DNA of 64,000 nucleotides from Bacteroidaceae bacterium (GCA_045661205.1 JAZRFE010000018.1:65523-129522), one strand, 5' to 3'. Shown: positions 29,583 through 38,652, counted from the stretch's first letter. The notes: generated by a model from the letters alone, not told the origin. Numbers and translations: made by a program.

Positions 29583-30206
29583 ATGGAACATATACTTAAA
29601 TATTTCCCCACTCTCAGCGAGAAACAGAAAAAGCAGTTTGCTGCACTCTACGATCTATATTTCGACTGGAACAGCAAGATTAATGTCATATCACGCAAGG
29701 ATATAGAAAATCTCTATCTCCACCACGTGCTTCACTCCTTAGGAATAGCAAAAATGATAAACTTCCGTGCGGGAACAACGGTCATGGATTTTGGGTGCGG
29801 AGGAGGTTTTCCCGGCGTACCTCTCGCAATACTTTTCCCCGATGTAAAACTTCATCTTGTAGACAGTATTGGTAAGAAGGTGAGAGTGGCACGTGAAATA
29901 TCCGAGGCAATTGGCCTCGAAAATATTACCTTTGCCCATAGTCGTGGCGAAGATGTGAAAGAGAAATTCAACTTTGTCGTCAGTCGCGCAGTGATGCCTC
30001 TTGCCGACCTCATAAAAATATGTCGTAAGAATGTAAACAAAGAGCAGCACAATGCCCTTCCTAACGGCATTATATGTCTCAAAGGAGGTGACCTTAATGC
30101 AGAGGTGCAGCCGTTCAAAAAATGCGTTGACATGATTGACCTCTACGACAATTTCAAAGAGGAGTTTTTCAAAGGCAAGAAGGTTGTCTACGTACCTATA
30201 AACTGA
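29583..30206 (+). CDS. rsmG: 16S rRNA (guanine527-N7)-methyltransferase
   Basis: 207 aa. Has the SAM motif DFGCGGGFPGVPLAI. Confidence 0.9.
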   Translation: MEHILKYFPTLSEKQKKQFAALYDLYFDWNSKINVISRKDIENLYLHHVLHSLGIAKMINFRAGTTVMDFGCGGGFPGVPLAILFPDVKLHLVDSIGKKVRVAREISEAIGLENITFAHSRGEDVKEKFNFVVSRAVMPLADLIKICRKNVNKEQHNALPNGIICLKGGDLNAEVQPFKKCVDMIDLYDNFKEEFFKGKKVVYVPIN

Positions 30207-30216
30207 TACTCGCAAC

Positions 30217-30855
30217 ATGGAACTCAAAAGAATGGTATTTAACCCCGTAGATGTAAACTGTTACATCTTGTGGGACGAGAGCAAGGAGGCTGTCATCATA
30301 GATGCAGCAGTACTTTTTGACGAAGAGAAAGATGAGTTGAAGAATTTTATACGCAGCAATGGGCTCACAGTAAAACATCACTTGAACACACATCTGCATT
30401 TCGACCATATCTTCGGCAACCCCTTCATTGAGCAAGAGTTTGGAATAAAATCAGAATCACACGACAAGGACTGGCCCTGGGCTGAAACAATTGCCGAACG
30501 AGTTGCGCGCTTCGGATTAAGATACACCGAGAAAATACCGGCTATTGGCAAGGTGTTGCACGATGGCGATACAATAACATTTGGAAATTCCACCCTGCAT
30601 GCCATTCATATACCCGGGCACTCACCCGGTAGCCTTGCCTATTATTGCGCTGAGAGCAATATTCTATTCTCGGGCGATGCTCTTTTCCAGGGTAGCATAG
30701 GACGAACCGATTTTGCCGATTCCGATTACAATACATTAATCAACAGCATAAAAGAGAAATTATTCTCACTGCCCGATGAAACCCGAGTCTATCCGGGACA
30801 TGGTGACAGCACCACCATTGCATTTGAAAAACAGTACAACAGATTTCTTTTATAA
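30217..30855 (+). CDS. MBL-fold metallo-hydrolase (glyoxalase II-like)
   Basis: 212 aa. Contains the HLHFDH (HxHxDH) motif and a downstream HIPGHSPG. Confidence 0.85.
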   Translation: MELKRMVFNPVDVNCYILWDESKEAVIIDAAVLFDEEKDELKNFIRSNGLTVKHHLNTHLHFDHIFGNPFIEQEFGIKSESHDKDWPWAETIAERVARFGLRYTEKIPAIGKVLHDGDTITFGNSTLHAIHIPGHSPGSLAYYCAESNILFSGDALFQGSIGRTDFADSDYNTLINSIKEKLFSLPDETRVYPGHGDSTTIAFEKQYNRFLL

Positions 30856-30917
30856 AAAATATTAGGACAGAAATTAACTCTGCCCTAATATTTTTTATTC
30901 GCAATAACAAATTGTTA

Positions 30918-32012
30918 CTATTTAATATATTCTTCAAGAACTGAATAAAGCGCCTCGGTATTTACACCCTTTCGTAAAATAGTTCCTTCGCGGTCAAAAA
31001 TTATATTATAAGGCGAACTGTTTATACCGTATGAGAATACAGCCTTGCTACCCCACCCCTGTACGTCTGATATATGATTCCACCACAGACCATTCTTATT
31101 GATAGCATCATTCCAGACTGCAACATCTTTCTCAATGGCAAAGCTCACAAAATCGACACTCTCTTTGTATGTGTCAGCCAAAGCCTTGAAGTCATTGACA
31201 TGTTTCTGCACTTGACGACCCGTTGGGCACCATATATGTAATACAGTAATTTTTCCTTTACCCACAAAATCAGATAATTTTACAGGTTTGCCGGCATTGG
31301 TATAAGCGGAAAAGTCAAGAAACCTTTTACCTTCGGCTGTCAGGATTTTATTTGTAAAAGTATTCTCTATGTGCCTGATGGTTGTGTCTCTCTTGTTCTC
31401 AAGAGGCATTGCTGATATCAGCTCAAGACCTTTTTCGGGAGCAATGATATCATAATTCTTTGTTAGAATATATGATGCCATAGGGTTGTCAATGTTGTTC
31501 TCAATATTGCGTGCCACATATTCACTACGCACAATGCTTATAACCTTCATGCCCTTATCAGCCTCTTCAGCACCCTTTTCCGACAATGTTTCCACTTTGC
31601 TTTTTTGGTAGAATTTCATAAACATGATATTCAGGATATCTATTGAGTCGTTATACTCTTGCAGACGCGTATTTAGGAAGGTACCCGAGTAAGTCGAGCG
31701 TTTGGCACCGATGTTTACATTAACTTCACCGGGCTCGACAAAAAACTCGGCATTGGAACGCACCTTACCATTCACCACTGAAACAAGGTAACAAAGCATA
31801 GGCTCACATCTCTCACCTTCAAATGAGAAGTGACCATCTTTGACGCTCGACCAACCGATAGTGCGCACATTGCCTTTGTCGATATATTGCAGGCAGACAC
31901 TGTCGCCAATATTAACTCCCTGCTCCACTGTACCGTTTACGGTAAATTTGCATTTGTTTCCGCATGCCATAAGACATGCACAAAATAAAAGTAAGAAAAA
32001 GAATTTATTCAT
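30918..32012 (-). CDS. TlpA/AhpC-TSA-like thioredoxin-fold lipoprotein with a DUF4369-like N-domain
   Basis: The likely start is M8 (MNKFFFLLLFCACLMACGNK, a lipoprotein signal). The thioredoxin-fold motif is degenerate: WCPTG replaces WCxxC. Confidence 0.7.
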   Translation of the reverse strand: MNKFFFLLLFCACLMACGNKCKFTVNGTVEQGVNIGDSVCLQYIDKGNVRTIGWSSVKDGHFSFEGERCEPMLCYLVSVVNGKVRSNAEFFVEPGEVNVNIGAKRSTYSGTFLNTRLQEYNDSIDILNIMFMKFYQKSKVETLSEKGAEEADKGMKVISIVRSEYVARNIENNIDNPMASYILTKNYDIIAPEKGLELISAMPLENKRDTTIRHIENTFTNKILTAEGKRFLDFSAYTNAGKPVKLSDFVGKGKITVLHIWCPTGRQVQKHVNDFKALADTYKESVDFVSFAIEKDVAVWNDAINKNGLWWNHISDVQGWGSKAVFSYGINSSPYNIIFDREGTILRKGVNTEALYSVLEEYIK

Positions 32013-32029
32013 TTCTATATAGTAATAAA

Positions 32030-32662
32030 TCAAAGATTAGATATTTTTACAACAACATCATACATGGCGAGAATCTCATCCTTTCTCACTGTAAACGCCG
32101 GATAGTTGGGCGAAGTGCACACAAGTACATCTTTGTCGTCGGTCGATGTGGAACAGTGTTTAATAAAACGCGAGTCATGTGTAACAATCATATACACCCT
32201 ATCTACGTTCACCGTTGCGAACGGGTCCATCTTATTAACTCCAATAATGTCCCCGGGATTTATTTCGGGTTGCATGGATGTTCCCACCACCGGAAAAAAG
32301 AAATCGGCTTTCATTCCCGGAATGCTTACAAATGTATCGGGCGTTTCGCATTCATCATTCATCGCATCACGCATACCGGCACTGACAGTGATTGAATTAT
32401 AGTATGGAGAAACATTCTGAAGATATTCTGACGGAGAATCATCTTCTTTGTACATATTGCCATTGCCATTTAAAATCCACTCGATTGACACCTCGGGGAA
32501 ACATTTGTTAATGGCACGTATCAGTTCCATTGACACACTTCCCGCCTCATTTAGTTGCCTGTTTAGAGTGCGCTGAGGAATCTCAAGCACGACACTTGCT
32601 CTGCTCACGTTAAGATTGTTATCAGCCAATAGAATCAATATACGTTTTTTTATATTCTCCAT
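32030..32662 (-). CDS. CI/LexA-type repressor (HTH plus S24 peptidase)
   Basis: 210 aa. It has an N-terminal HTH (VSRASVVLEIPQRTLNRQL), the S24 catalytic Ser motif GTSMQP and a downstream Lys in RFIKH. Confidence 0.85.
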   Translation of the reverse strand: MENIKKRILILLADNNLNVSRASVVLEIPQRTLNRQLNEAGSVSMELIRAINKCFPEVSIEWILNGNGNMYKEDDSPSEYLQNVSPYYNSITVSAGMRDAMNDECETPDTFVSIPGMKADFFFPVVGTSMQPEINPGDIIGVNKMDPFATVNVDRVYMIVTHDSRFIKHCSTSTDDKDVLVCTSPNYPAFTVRKDEILAMYDVVVKISNL

Positions 32663-32761
32663 TTATATTGCTACACTTTTTATAAAAAATGTCATTATTG
32701 TTTTATAATCAATGCGATAAAATGTAATGAGTGAATATGCCTTATTTAGATTGATTACAAA

Positions 32762-32777
32762 TAGCCAAATTTGGCTA
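32762..32777. promoter_or_regulatory. perfect 16-bp palindrome, candidate operator
   Basis: TAGCCAAATTTGGCTA lies in the divergent region between the repressor and ORF 32927. It ends 32 nt upstream of a TATATTTG -7 box. Confidence 0.45.
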
Positions 32778-32808
32778 AATATTATATCCATTTTCTTGAT
32801 TTAGGGAT

Positions 32809-32816
32809 TATATTTG
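32809..32816 (+). promoter_or_regulatory. candidate -7 box (TATATTTG), rightward
   Basis: TAnnTTTG. A second box, TACATTTG, lies at 32864..32871, upstream of the ATG at 32927. Confidence 0.3.
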
Positions 32817-32926
32817 TACACGAAAAGTGTTATTTCAACAACCTAAATAGTCGGTTCCGTCTCTACATTTGCACAAACATACGATAAAAATTGATACTGA
32901 CAAAACAAACATAACTAATAATTGAT

Positions 32927-33304
32927 ATGAGCGAAAAAGAATTATGCAAAAAGGTCTCACAAAGTGAGCGACTAATTGAAAAATGTCTCGAATGGTATGA
33001 ATATTTGTATTACAAATTTTTCAGAAGAGAAAAGACGTGGTGCAGCCATCTTGTCGAGTACTACTGTATACACAGGAATTTTCATGAACAAAAGTTCGTT
33101 CAAGACTTTCTAGAAGAGCGTAAAGGAATTCTTTCCAATAATCGCCATCGCATGGTCGTAAATGTCATCCCCGATATTCCGGACACATGCGAAGTGGGCA
33201 AAGTGATGCTTTACAGCAAAGGCAAATATATTCACGAAGCAACATTAAAAATAAGAAAACCTTTAACAGAAAACAATATCGTTTTCTGGTCGTTCGATAA
33301 ATGA
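32927..33304 (+). CDS. hypothetical protein in the Cro/antirepressor position
   Basis: 125 aa. Transcribed divergently from the repressor. No motif was recognised. Confidence 0.45.
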   Translation: MSEKELCKKVSQSERLIEKCLEWYEYLYYKFFRREKTWCSHLVEYYCIHRNFHEQKFVQDFLEERKGILSNNRHRMVVNVIPDIPDTCEVGKVMLYSKGKYIHEATLKIRKPLTENNIVFWSFDK

Positions 33305-33326
33305 GAAAACAATGCACCACAAACAA

Positions 33327-33368
33327 AAAATCCCTTCCGTATGCAATACCAAATACAGAAGGGATTTT
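33327..33368. terminator. bidirectional hairpin between convergent genes
   Basis: 11-bp stem AAAATCCCTTC / GAAGGGATTTT with a 20-nt loop, flanked by A and T runs. Confidence 0.55.
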
Positions 33369-33385
33369 TTGTCATAAGCACCGAA

Positions 33386-33814
33386 CTATTCTCTATCAAT
33401 CTTTCTTCTTGAGTACAACAGTTCGTTAATTGCCGAAGCTGTGCTGTTGTTCAATGAGCGTAAAAGCATTGCCGAGTCGGGTTTGACATTGTCAAGCCAA
33501 CGTGCAGTCAGCGCAGTCTCTACATAGTTACATGCAAGAAGCTGTAAAGAATCGGCCTGAGCATCATCCCAGTTGCTCGGCAATGCCAACAAAAATTCAA
33601 CACTATCGTCGGTAGCCGACATACGCGCAAAAGGCAACATTAATTGCAACAACTCATCTATGGCTGCAAGCCACAAAGGTTCTACCCTCTCATTGTCGTC
33701 ATCACAATATGCAATCGCCAGATTATTCTCATTTTTCAAAGCAAGGAGAGCCGTCTGACGTTTCATCCCATCGAAAATCTTATTTTTATCTATACAAATA
33801 TTCATATAAAGCAA
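33386..33814 (-). CDS. head-completion/connector-like protein, paralog 1
   Basis: 142 aa or less (alternative starts at M4 and M17). It shares a C-terminal motif with ORFs 39100 and 39617 (Y-[LV]-V..W[LI]...P[DA]...EL). Confidence 0.5.
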   Translation of the reverse strand: MLYMNICIDKNKIFDGMKRQTALLALKNENNLAIAYCDDDNERVEPLWLAAIDELLQLMLPFARMSATDDSVEFLLALPSNWDDAQADSLQLLACNYVETALTARWLDNVKPDSAMLLRSLNNSTASAINELLYSRRKIDRE

Positions 33815-33919
33815 AATTATAAAAAAGAGAAACGAACAATATTACTGAATCTGTACCGCGTATAAAATGTAATTGTCGATTCATGAACATGTCGTTTCTC
33901 TTTTCCTTATCAACAATAA

Positions 33920-34201
33920 TCAACCTTCGAGTATTTTTACAAGTTGAAACTCACTGCGACAGCACAACTTTATAAAGAGTCCGCTCAACACGCCGAGTAA
34001 AGTAATCTCACACTTCTCTTCGTCGATGCCGAAGTCATCGTGAAACAGATATTCTTCCTCGCCATCGATACTTGCAAAAACCTCCACAGGATAAGGCCCT
34101 GCCTTATGTACTCTCACTCTTATGTCCCCTCCAAGAGATTTTATAGGAACCGTTTCCCATACATCGCCATTCTTGGCAAATGAAATATTCACAACAGCCA
34201 T
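33920..34201 (-). CDS. small hypothetical structural-module protein
   Basis: 93 aa. It starts 4 nt after the upstream stop. Confidence 0.45.
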   Translation of the reverse strand: MAVVNISFAKNGDVWETVPIKSLGGDIRVRVHKAGPYPVEVFASIDGEEEYLFHDDFGIDEEKCEITLLGVLSGLFIKLCCRSEFQLVKILEG

Positions 34202-34205
34202 ATAA

Positions 34206-34838
34206 CTACTTGTTATTGTTACACAAAGCGGCAGCCAGACTCATGAAGGCATTCGCCGCATCATATTTCTCAAACACATTACACACAAGTCCTGCACACT
34301 GATAGGCAACAGCTTGCAATAGAGAATCGTTATTCGATGCAAGCCCCTTGCTGCTATTATAGGTACCCTCGTAGAGTAAATACTCCACAGTGGGTATCGA
34401 ATCCTCTTCAACAGGATAAACATAAAGCAGTATCCCCTGGGCGGACGGCACCTCTATACAAACAGGAGATGATTTTCCCGCGCGTGTGTATTTGTTTGCT
34501 TGCGCAGCGTCTGCCACTGAGCCCGGAGAGGAAACATTGTAACATGGGTGTAGCCAATTATCCAACTTAAACGAAACGAGTCTGACATAATCCTCAGGTA
34601 ATATAATCACACCATATTCACCATTCCAAAGAGAGAGATTGCAGTTTGCCATACTCTTCCCATTCAACATGCCACTCTTTTTATTCATCTGAACAAAAAG
34701 CACAGCCTCGGGAAGCAGCTCCGAAATATATTTATCAAGCAACAATGTGTCGTCGGTAATAAGCGAAATGCTATTCTCGCTCTGCGCTTCGTTGAGCAGT
34801 GTGCGCACCTTCTCTTTAAGTACACTATCGGCCATCAT
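34206..34838 (-). CDS. head-tail connector/adaptor-like protein
   Basis: About 210 aa. The ATG at 34838 forms an ATGA overlap with the upstream stop. It sits two genes downstream of the capsid gene. Confidence 0.45.
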   Translation of the reverse strand: MMADSVLKEKVRTLLNEAQSENSISLITDDTLLLDKYISELLPEAVLFVQMNKKSGMLNGKSMANCNLSLWNGEYGVIILPEDYVRLVSFKLDNWLHPCYNVSSPGSVADAAQANKYTRAGKSSPVCIEVPSAQGILLYVYPVEEDSIPTVEYLLYEGTYNSSKGLASNNDSLLQAVAYQCAGLVCNVFEKYDAANAFMSLAAALCNNNK

Positions 34839-35341
34839 AACCAATTAGGGAACGAAATGCGCAATTCATCTGCTTTGGCACGAACAGCCCCTTTATTCTG
34901 AAGTTCCGAAAGAGAAACCTTATAAGGCTCACCCATCAGCACACTACGCGCCTGCTGTACGTTGGTCACATTTACAAAGACCTCCTGTTTGCAATTCTCA
35001 TCGACAGGAGCGGCCTCGGCAACCGACTCTTTTTCTTCAATTTTTTCAGTGGAACCTATCACTATCTCACCGTTGCGAAACTGCTCACTCTCCTCTATGG
35101 CCTTCTGGTAAAGAGGGTTGTCGGTGACATAATTTGCAGGAGTCATTCCCGCCGAATTGATTGAACCACCTGTAAAGTCCACACGCAACAGAGCCTTTCC
35201 CACTCTGAAATAGCAACTGCGCTCTATCTGCCCTCTAATCTCGTAAGTAACTTTTCTTTTCATAAACCAAATAACTTTTCTTAAAATGCGTCGCAGTCTG
35301 TAAGTTGCATATTTGTGTGCATTCCCCACAAACTGCGACAC
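34835..35341 (-). CDS. hypothetical head-associated protein
   Basis: 168 aa (alternative start M27 at 35263, MKRKVTYEIRG). It has an acidic middle and a C-terminal helix-extension-helix-like segment (VSLSELQNKGAVRAKADELRISFPNW). Confidence 0.45.
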   Translation of the reverse strand: MSQFVGNAHKYATYRLRRILRKVIWFMKRKVTYEIRGQIERSCYFRVGKALLRVDFTGGSINSAGMTPANYVTDNPLYQKAIEESEQFRNGEIVIGSTEKIEEKESVAEAAPVDENCKQEVFVNVTNVQQARSVLMGEPYKVSLSELQNKGAVRAKADELRISFPNWL

Positions 35342-35361
35342 GATTATATAAATTTATACTA

Positions 35362-36981
35362 CTAAGCAGCCATGATTTCGCCGGTGAACTCAATCCAGCT
35401 GCTACCGGTGAAGGTTACCACTGTTCCCGCTGCGAATTTCACCGTAGTACCGTCTTCCTTGAAGACATCGGCTGTAAGAATTACAACATCGTTCACAGCA
35501 GGCGACTGAGGCAGAGAATCTGCGCTTATCACACGCGAAGCACCGGGAATGCTTCTTGCTGCTGCGTTAGCACCATTTACCCAAATGTGCGAGTAACCCT
35601 TCAAACAGAGACAGTCGATAGTCATCACCACCTCTCGTTTAGCCTCCTCACCCTCTACATTCTCGCTCTTGCAATCCTCGTTTTTCATCCAATAACGCAC
35701 AAGACCATTCTCGTCGATAAGACCGCCGCAATGCGAGTAACCGAGGGCGTCGAGTGTGGGGTCGTGAACAAGGTCTATATCACCGAATACTGTGTGAATC
35801 TTTGTACACTCAAGGTCGAATACCTTGCTGCCTGTCACAGTGATATTCTTGTGAAGAGTTAAGTCGATTTTCTGAATATCGTTCAGCAACTGCTTACCCA
35901 ACAACCAGATAGCCTTCTTCGAGCAATTATAGCCGGTGAATTTCACCATTGAAAGGTTGATTAAGTCAGCAAAAGTGATGGTTGCCGAGAGGTCGTACTG
36001 ACGTTTGAACTGCCAGCGCAAGCCCTTAGAGAAGTAATCCCATTGATAACCCATGGCTGCATCCATAGCCTGCACCTTAAACTTACCGGGCTGACCTACC
36101 CACGCTGTGCGACAGCTCTCCAGACGGAACTGACGAAGAACAGCCTCGGCAATCTGCGACTGACTAAAAGGCAAGCGTTTTTTCTGCGCCTTGAAGTAAT
36201 CACTCACAATGCTGTTACACAACTGTTTCTGCAAATACATGCGTTCGGGAACGGGAACAATGGTGCTGGGAGCAATAAACTTCTGAGTCTCATATGCAGC
36301 CGAAGACAGAAGTATAATCTCAGTGCCGGCAGGGATTGTGGGCACTACGCAATAGTCATCGGTAGCATTCACTTTAGGGCCATTGACAGCCATGGCGATG
36401 GGAGCCTCTGTGGTGCTGTTCTTACCCACGAAGAAAAGCATCAGATCCACACCGGGAAGCTCTGTCTGACCAGACGAGTCGTAACCGTTTACACCTTTAC
36501 AGATAGCCGTGTAGTACTCCTGAAAGATTTTGCGGTCGGCAGTTGTGGCAAAGGGAATCTCGGCACGTGTGGCATTGATGCCTTCATACTCGGCACTTGT
36601 AGTAGCTTTAGAGCGTTTCTCGTCTATGAGATAGTGGTCTACCTCGAACGAAGTTACAGGCACCTGACGAGTAATTCTGCGTTTGATGGTGTCAATAATA
36701 CTCTCGTCGCTTGCAATCATTGTGATTTTCGAGTCAATCTCGGGCTGGATAAACTCGCCACCGAGTTCCGAAGCATTAGAAACGGTAGTAGCCTCACCGC
36801 TACCATGTGTCGCATAACCCGCAATACCCTTTGAAGCTGTGGGTGAACCGGGCGCAACCACCGTTGCCATAGCCATTAACACACCTCCCGTGCTCTCCTC
36901 GAAGAGATACAAGGCAATGCTCACCAATGAAAGAAGAACAAACAAAGGATTCTTCTTAACAAATAAAAAAAGTTTTTTCAT
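35362..36981 (-). CDS. putative major capsid protein (HK97-fold)
   Basis: 539 aa. It lies directly downstream of the scaffold-like gene. The N-terminal pattern PEIDSKITMIASDESIIDTIKRRI..VPVTSFEVDHYLID resembles the N-arm/P-domain start of HK97-fold capsid proteins. The alternative start at 36876 removes a hydrophobic leader. Confidence 0.6.
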   Translation of the reverse strand: MKKLFLFVKKNPLFVLLSLVSIALYLFEESTGGVLMAMATVVAPGSPTASKGIAGYATHGSGEATTVSNASELGGEFIQPEIDSKITMIASDESIIDTIKRRITRQVPVTSFEVDHYLIDEKRSKATTSAEYEGINATRAEIPFATTADRKIFQEYYTAICKGVNGYDSSGQTELPGVDLMLFFVGKNSTTEAPIAMAVNGPKVNATDDYCVVPTIPAGTEIILLSSAAYETQKFIAPSTIVPVPERMYLQKQLCNSIVSDYFKAQKKRLPFSQSQIAEAVLRQFRLESCRTAWVGQPGKFKVQAMDAAMGYQWDYFSKGLRWQFKRQYDLSATITFADLINLSMVKFTGYNCSKKAIWLLGKQLLNDIQKIDLTLHKNITVTGSKVFDLECTKIHTVFGDIDLVHDPTLDALGYSHCGGLIDENGLVRYWMKNEDCKSENVEGEEAKREVVMTIDCLCLKGYSHIWVNGANAAARSIPGASRVISADSLPQSPAVNDVVILTADVFKEDGTTVKFAAGTVVTFTGSSWIEFTGEIMAA

Positions 36982-37011
36982 AAAGTAAATATTTAAATAG
37001 TTAATAAAAAA

Positions 37012-37809
37012 TTACGCTTTCAATGCAGCATCAAGCAAGGTGTTTTCTTTGGGGCGTCGAGTTGTCTGTGCAGGGGCCACACTGTTCATGCCCTTGGGAA
37101 GACCATCGCCAAACTCCTCCTGCATACGTCTGATGTTCGTATTTCTGCCTTTTATGTTTCCTGCGGCAAAGGCATCCTCCACGTCTTGCTCATATCTTAT
37201 CGCATGTTCCAATGCCTGACACACTTCGGGTGTATAACTTCCCGACAAAATGGGGAAAACAAGCTGTTCCCACACATTGTCCATAAAATCGGCAGGCTCA
37301 TAACCATGCTCGCGGCAGAAGTTCTCAATCACAGGACGGCTTCTTTCGAGGTTGGCCTCATACTCTCTGCGATTACGTGCCATCTCATAGGCCTCTTTGC
37401 GACGCTCCTCGTCCATGAGCAACATCTCTTCGTACTCGGGCGAACCCTCTTCAAAGTCGAGAAAAGATTTTCCATAATATCGTGCCATAGCAGCGTGAGA
37501 ACTACGTTTGCCCTGCACGACATCCGACAACAGTTGGGCAAGACGAGGGTCGAGCTCAAGGATAGAAGCCAGACGCTCATTCTGTTCATAATTACTTCGG
37601 AAAAACTCTTTCAGCATCTCTTGCGACTCGGGAGAGTTCAATTTGAAAGACTTTCCAAAAAACTCCTGCAACCACTCTTCAATGGCTGCATAAGGATTTG
37701 TCACAGTGCTTTCTGTTTGCACTGCCTGCTCGGCTCCGGGCTGAGCCTGCAACTCTGCATTATGCTCTGCGGCCGGTACCTGTTCCTGATTTTGATAAAT
37801 TTTATCCAT
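37012..37809 (-). CDS. scaffolding-like protein
   Basis: The likely start is ATG 37809 (MDKIYQNQEQ). The protein is acidic, predicted to be all-helical and Glu/Arg-rich (EERRKEAYEMARNRREYEANLERSR). It lies immediately upstream of the capsid gene. Confidence 0.5.
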   Translation of the reverse strand: MDKIYQNQEQVPAAEHNAELQAQPGAEQAVQTESTVTNPYAAIEEWLQEFFGKSFKLNSPESQEMLKEFFRSNYEQNERLASILELDPRLAQLLSDVVQGKRSSHAAMARYYGKSFLDFEEGSPEYEEMLLMDEERRKEAYEMARNRREYEANLERSRPVIENFCREHGYEPADFMDNVWEQLVFPILSGSYTPEVCQALEHAIRYEQDVEDAFAAGNIKGRNTNIRRMQEEFGDGLPKGMNSVAPAQTTRRPKENTLLDAALKA

Positions 37810-37912
37810 ACAATTGATATTTATTTGTTTCGTCGGCAAAGTAAAGGCTGAATGCAAAGTTTAAGGTTGCAGAATTAACACTTTGAGAATTGCAGTCCAT
37901 CATTTTGGGCAC

Positions 37913-37943
37913 AAAAAAAGCGAGACAACCGAAGTTGCCTCGC
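37913..37943 (-). terminator. rho-independent terminator (minus strand) after ORF 38056
   Basis: On the minus strand: GCGAGGCAAC-TTCG-GTTGTCTCGC followed by T7. This is a 10-bp stem (one G-U pair) with a UUCG loop. Confidence 0.75.
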
Positions 37944-38055
37944 GTACATTGCTTATATAAGCCTAATAAATATATCACAAAACCATAGAAACATACCGGC
38001 AGATACCAATATGCATAAATAAAAATTCAGATTAATGACGCCGCTATTAAATTGA

Positions 38056-38484
38056 TTAGAAGTTAGTGGTGCCTGCGTCGCAGTATGAGTCTACAATTTC
38101 CGCTCTGTATATAGTTTCATTAATTCGCGAAACCTTTACATAATCGTTAGTCTCTGCCTTAAGTAGATAGAATAGCTCACATTTACTTTCTGATGTATTA
38201 TTGACCCTGAAGCATTTATATTGCCCAACTTCTATTCCTGATATAGAACCATCTTTAACACAACTATTTGAAAGGTACCCTTCCCACCATTTATTTGTAT
38301 TATCACCTGATGGAACATCTGGTACGACAATATCTACAGAATTATTTGATGCAGCAATCATGTTCTCTGTACTTAATCTGTGCTCCTTTATTTCAGGATA
38401 AATAAATATTTTTTTCATTGTTATTAATGACGATTTTGTGAGTTTAATGTGTTTTCCATTTGCAAATTTATATAAAATAATCAT
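38056..38484 (-). CDS. hypothetical protein, AT-rich cargo gene
   Basis: 142 aa (the likely start is M23 at 38418, MKKIFIYPEIK). It is visibly more AT-rich than its neighbours and has its own terminator. Confidence 0.45.
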   Translation of the reverse strand: MIILYKFANGKHIKLTKSSLITMKKIFIYPEIKEHRLSTENMIAASNNSVDIVVPDVPSGDNTNKWWEGYLSNSCVKDGSISGIEVGQYKCFRVNNTSESKCELFYLLKAETNDYVKVSRINETIYRAEIVDSYCDAGTTNF

Positions 38485-38629
38485 TATGCGATAAAAAATA
38501 AGGCTACAAATACAAATTTATAATATAAAATAACGATTTGCACTCTATGCTATTTAAAGCATTTGTTCATTTTTTTAATTACCAAAAAAAATGTGTTAAT
38601 TCTGCATACAAATTCGGGGATTTTGATTA

Positions 38630-38637
38630 TATTTTTG
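38630..38637 (+). promoter_or_regulatory. candidate -7 box (TATTTTTG) for the rightward packaging operon
   Basis: TAnnTTTG 15 nt upstream of the ATG at 38653. Confidence 0.3.
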
Positions 38638-38652
38638 TAGTCAAAAAAGATT

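Noticed and set aside
35362-36981. The possibility that the 539-aa ORF is the missing portal rather than the capsid protein.
   Set aside because: It lies directly downstream of a scaffold-like gene and upstream of connector-like genes. Its N-terminal pattern resembles capsid N-arms, and I see no portal-like acidic stem or clip features. This remains unverified without HHpred or structure prediction.
37858-37912. A promoter for the leftward head operon.
   Set aside because: Only imperfect TAnnTTTG-like strings (TAAACTTTG, TTTACTTTG) occur on the minus strand, so no confident call can be made.
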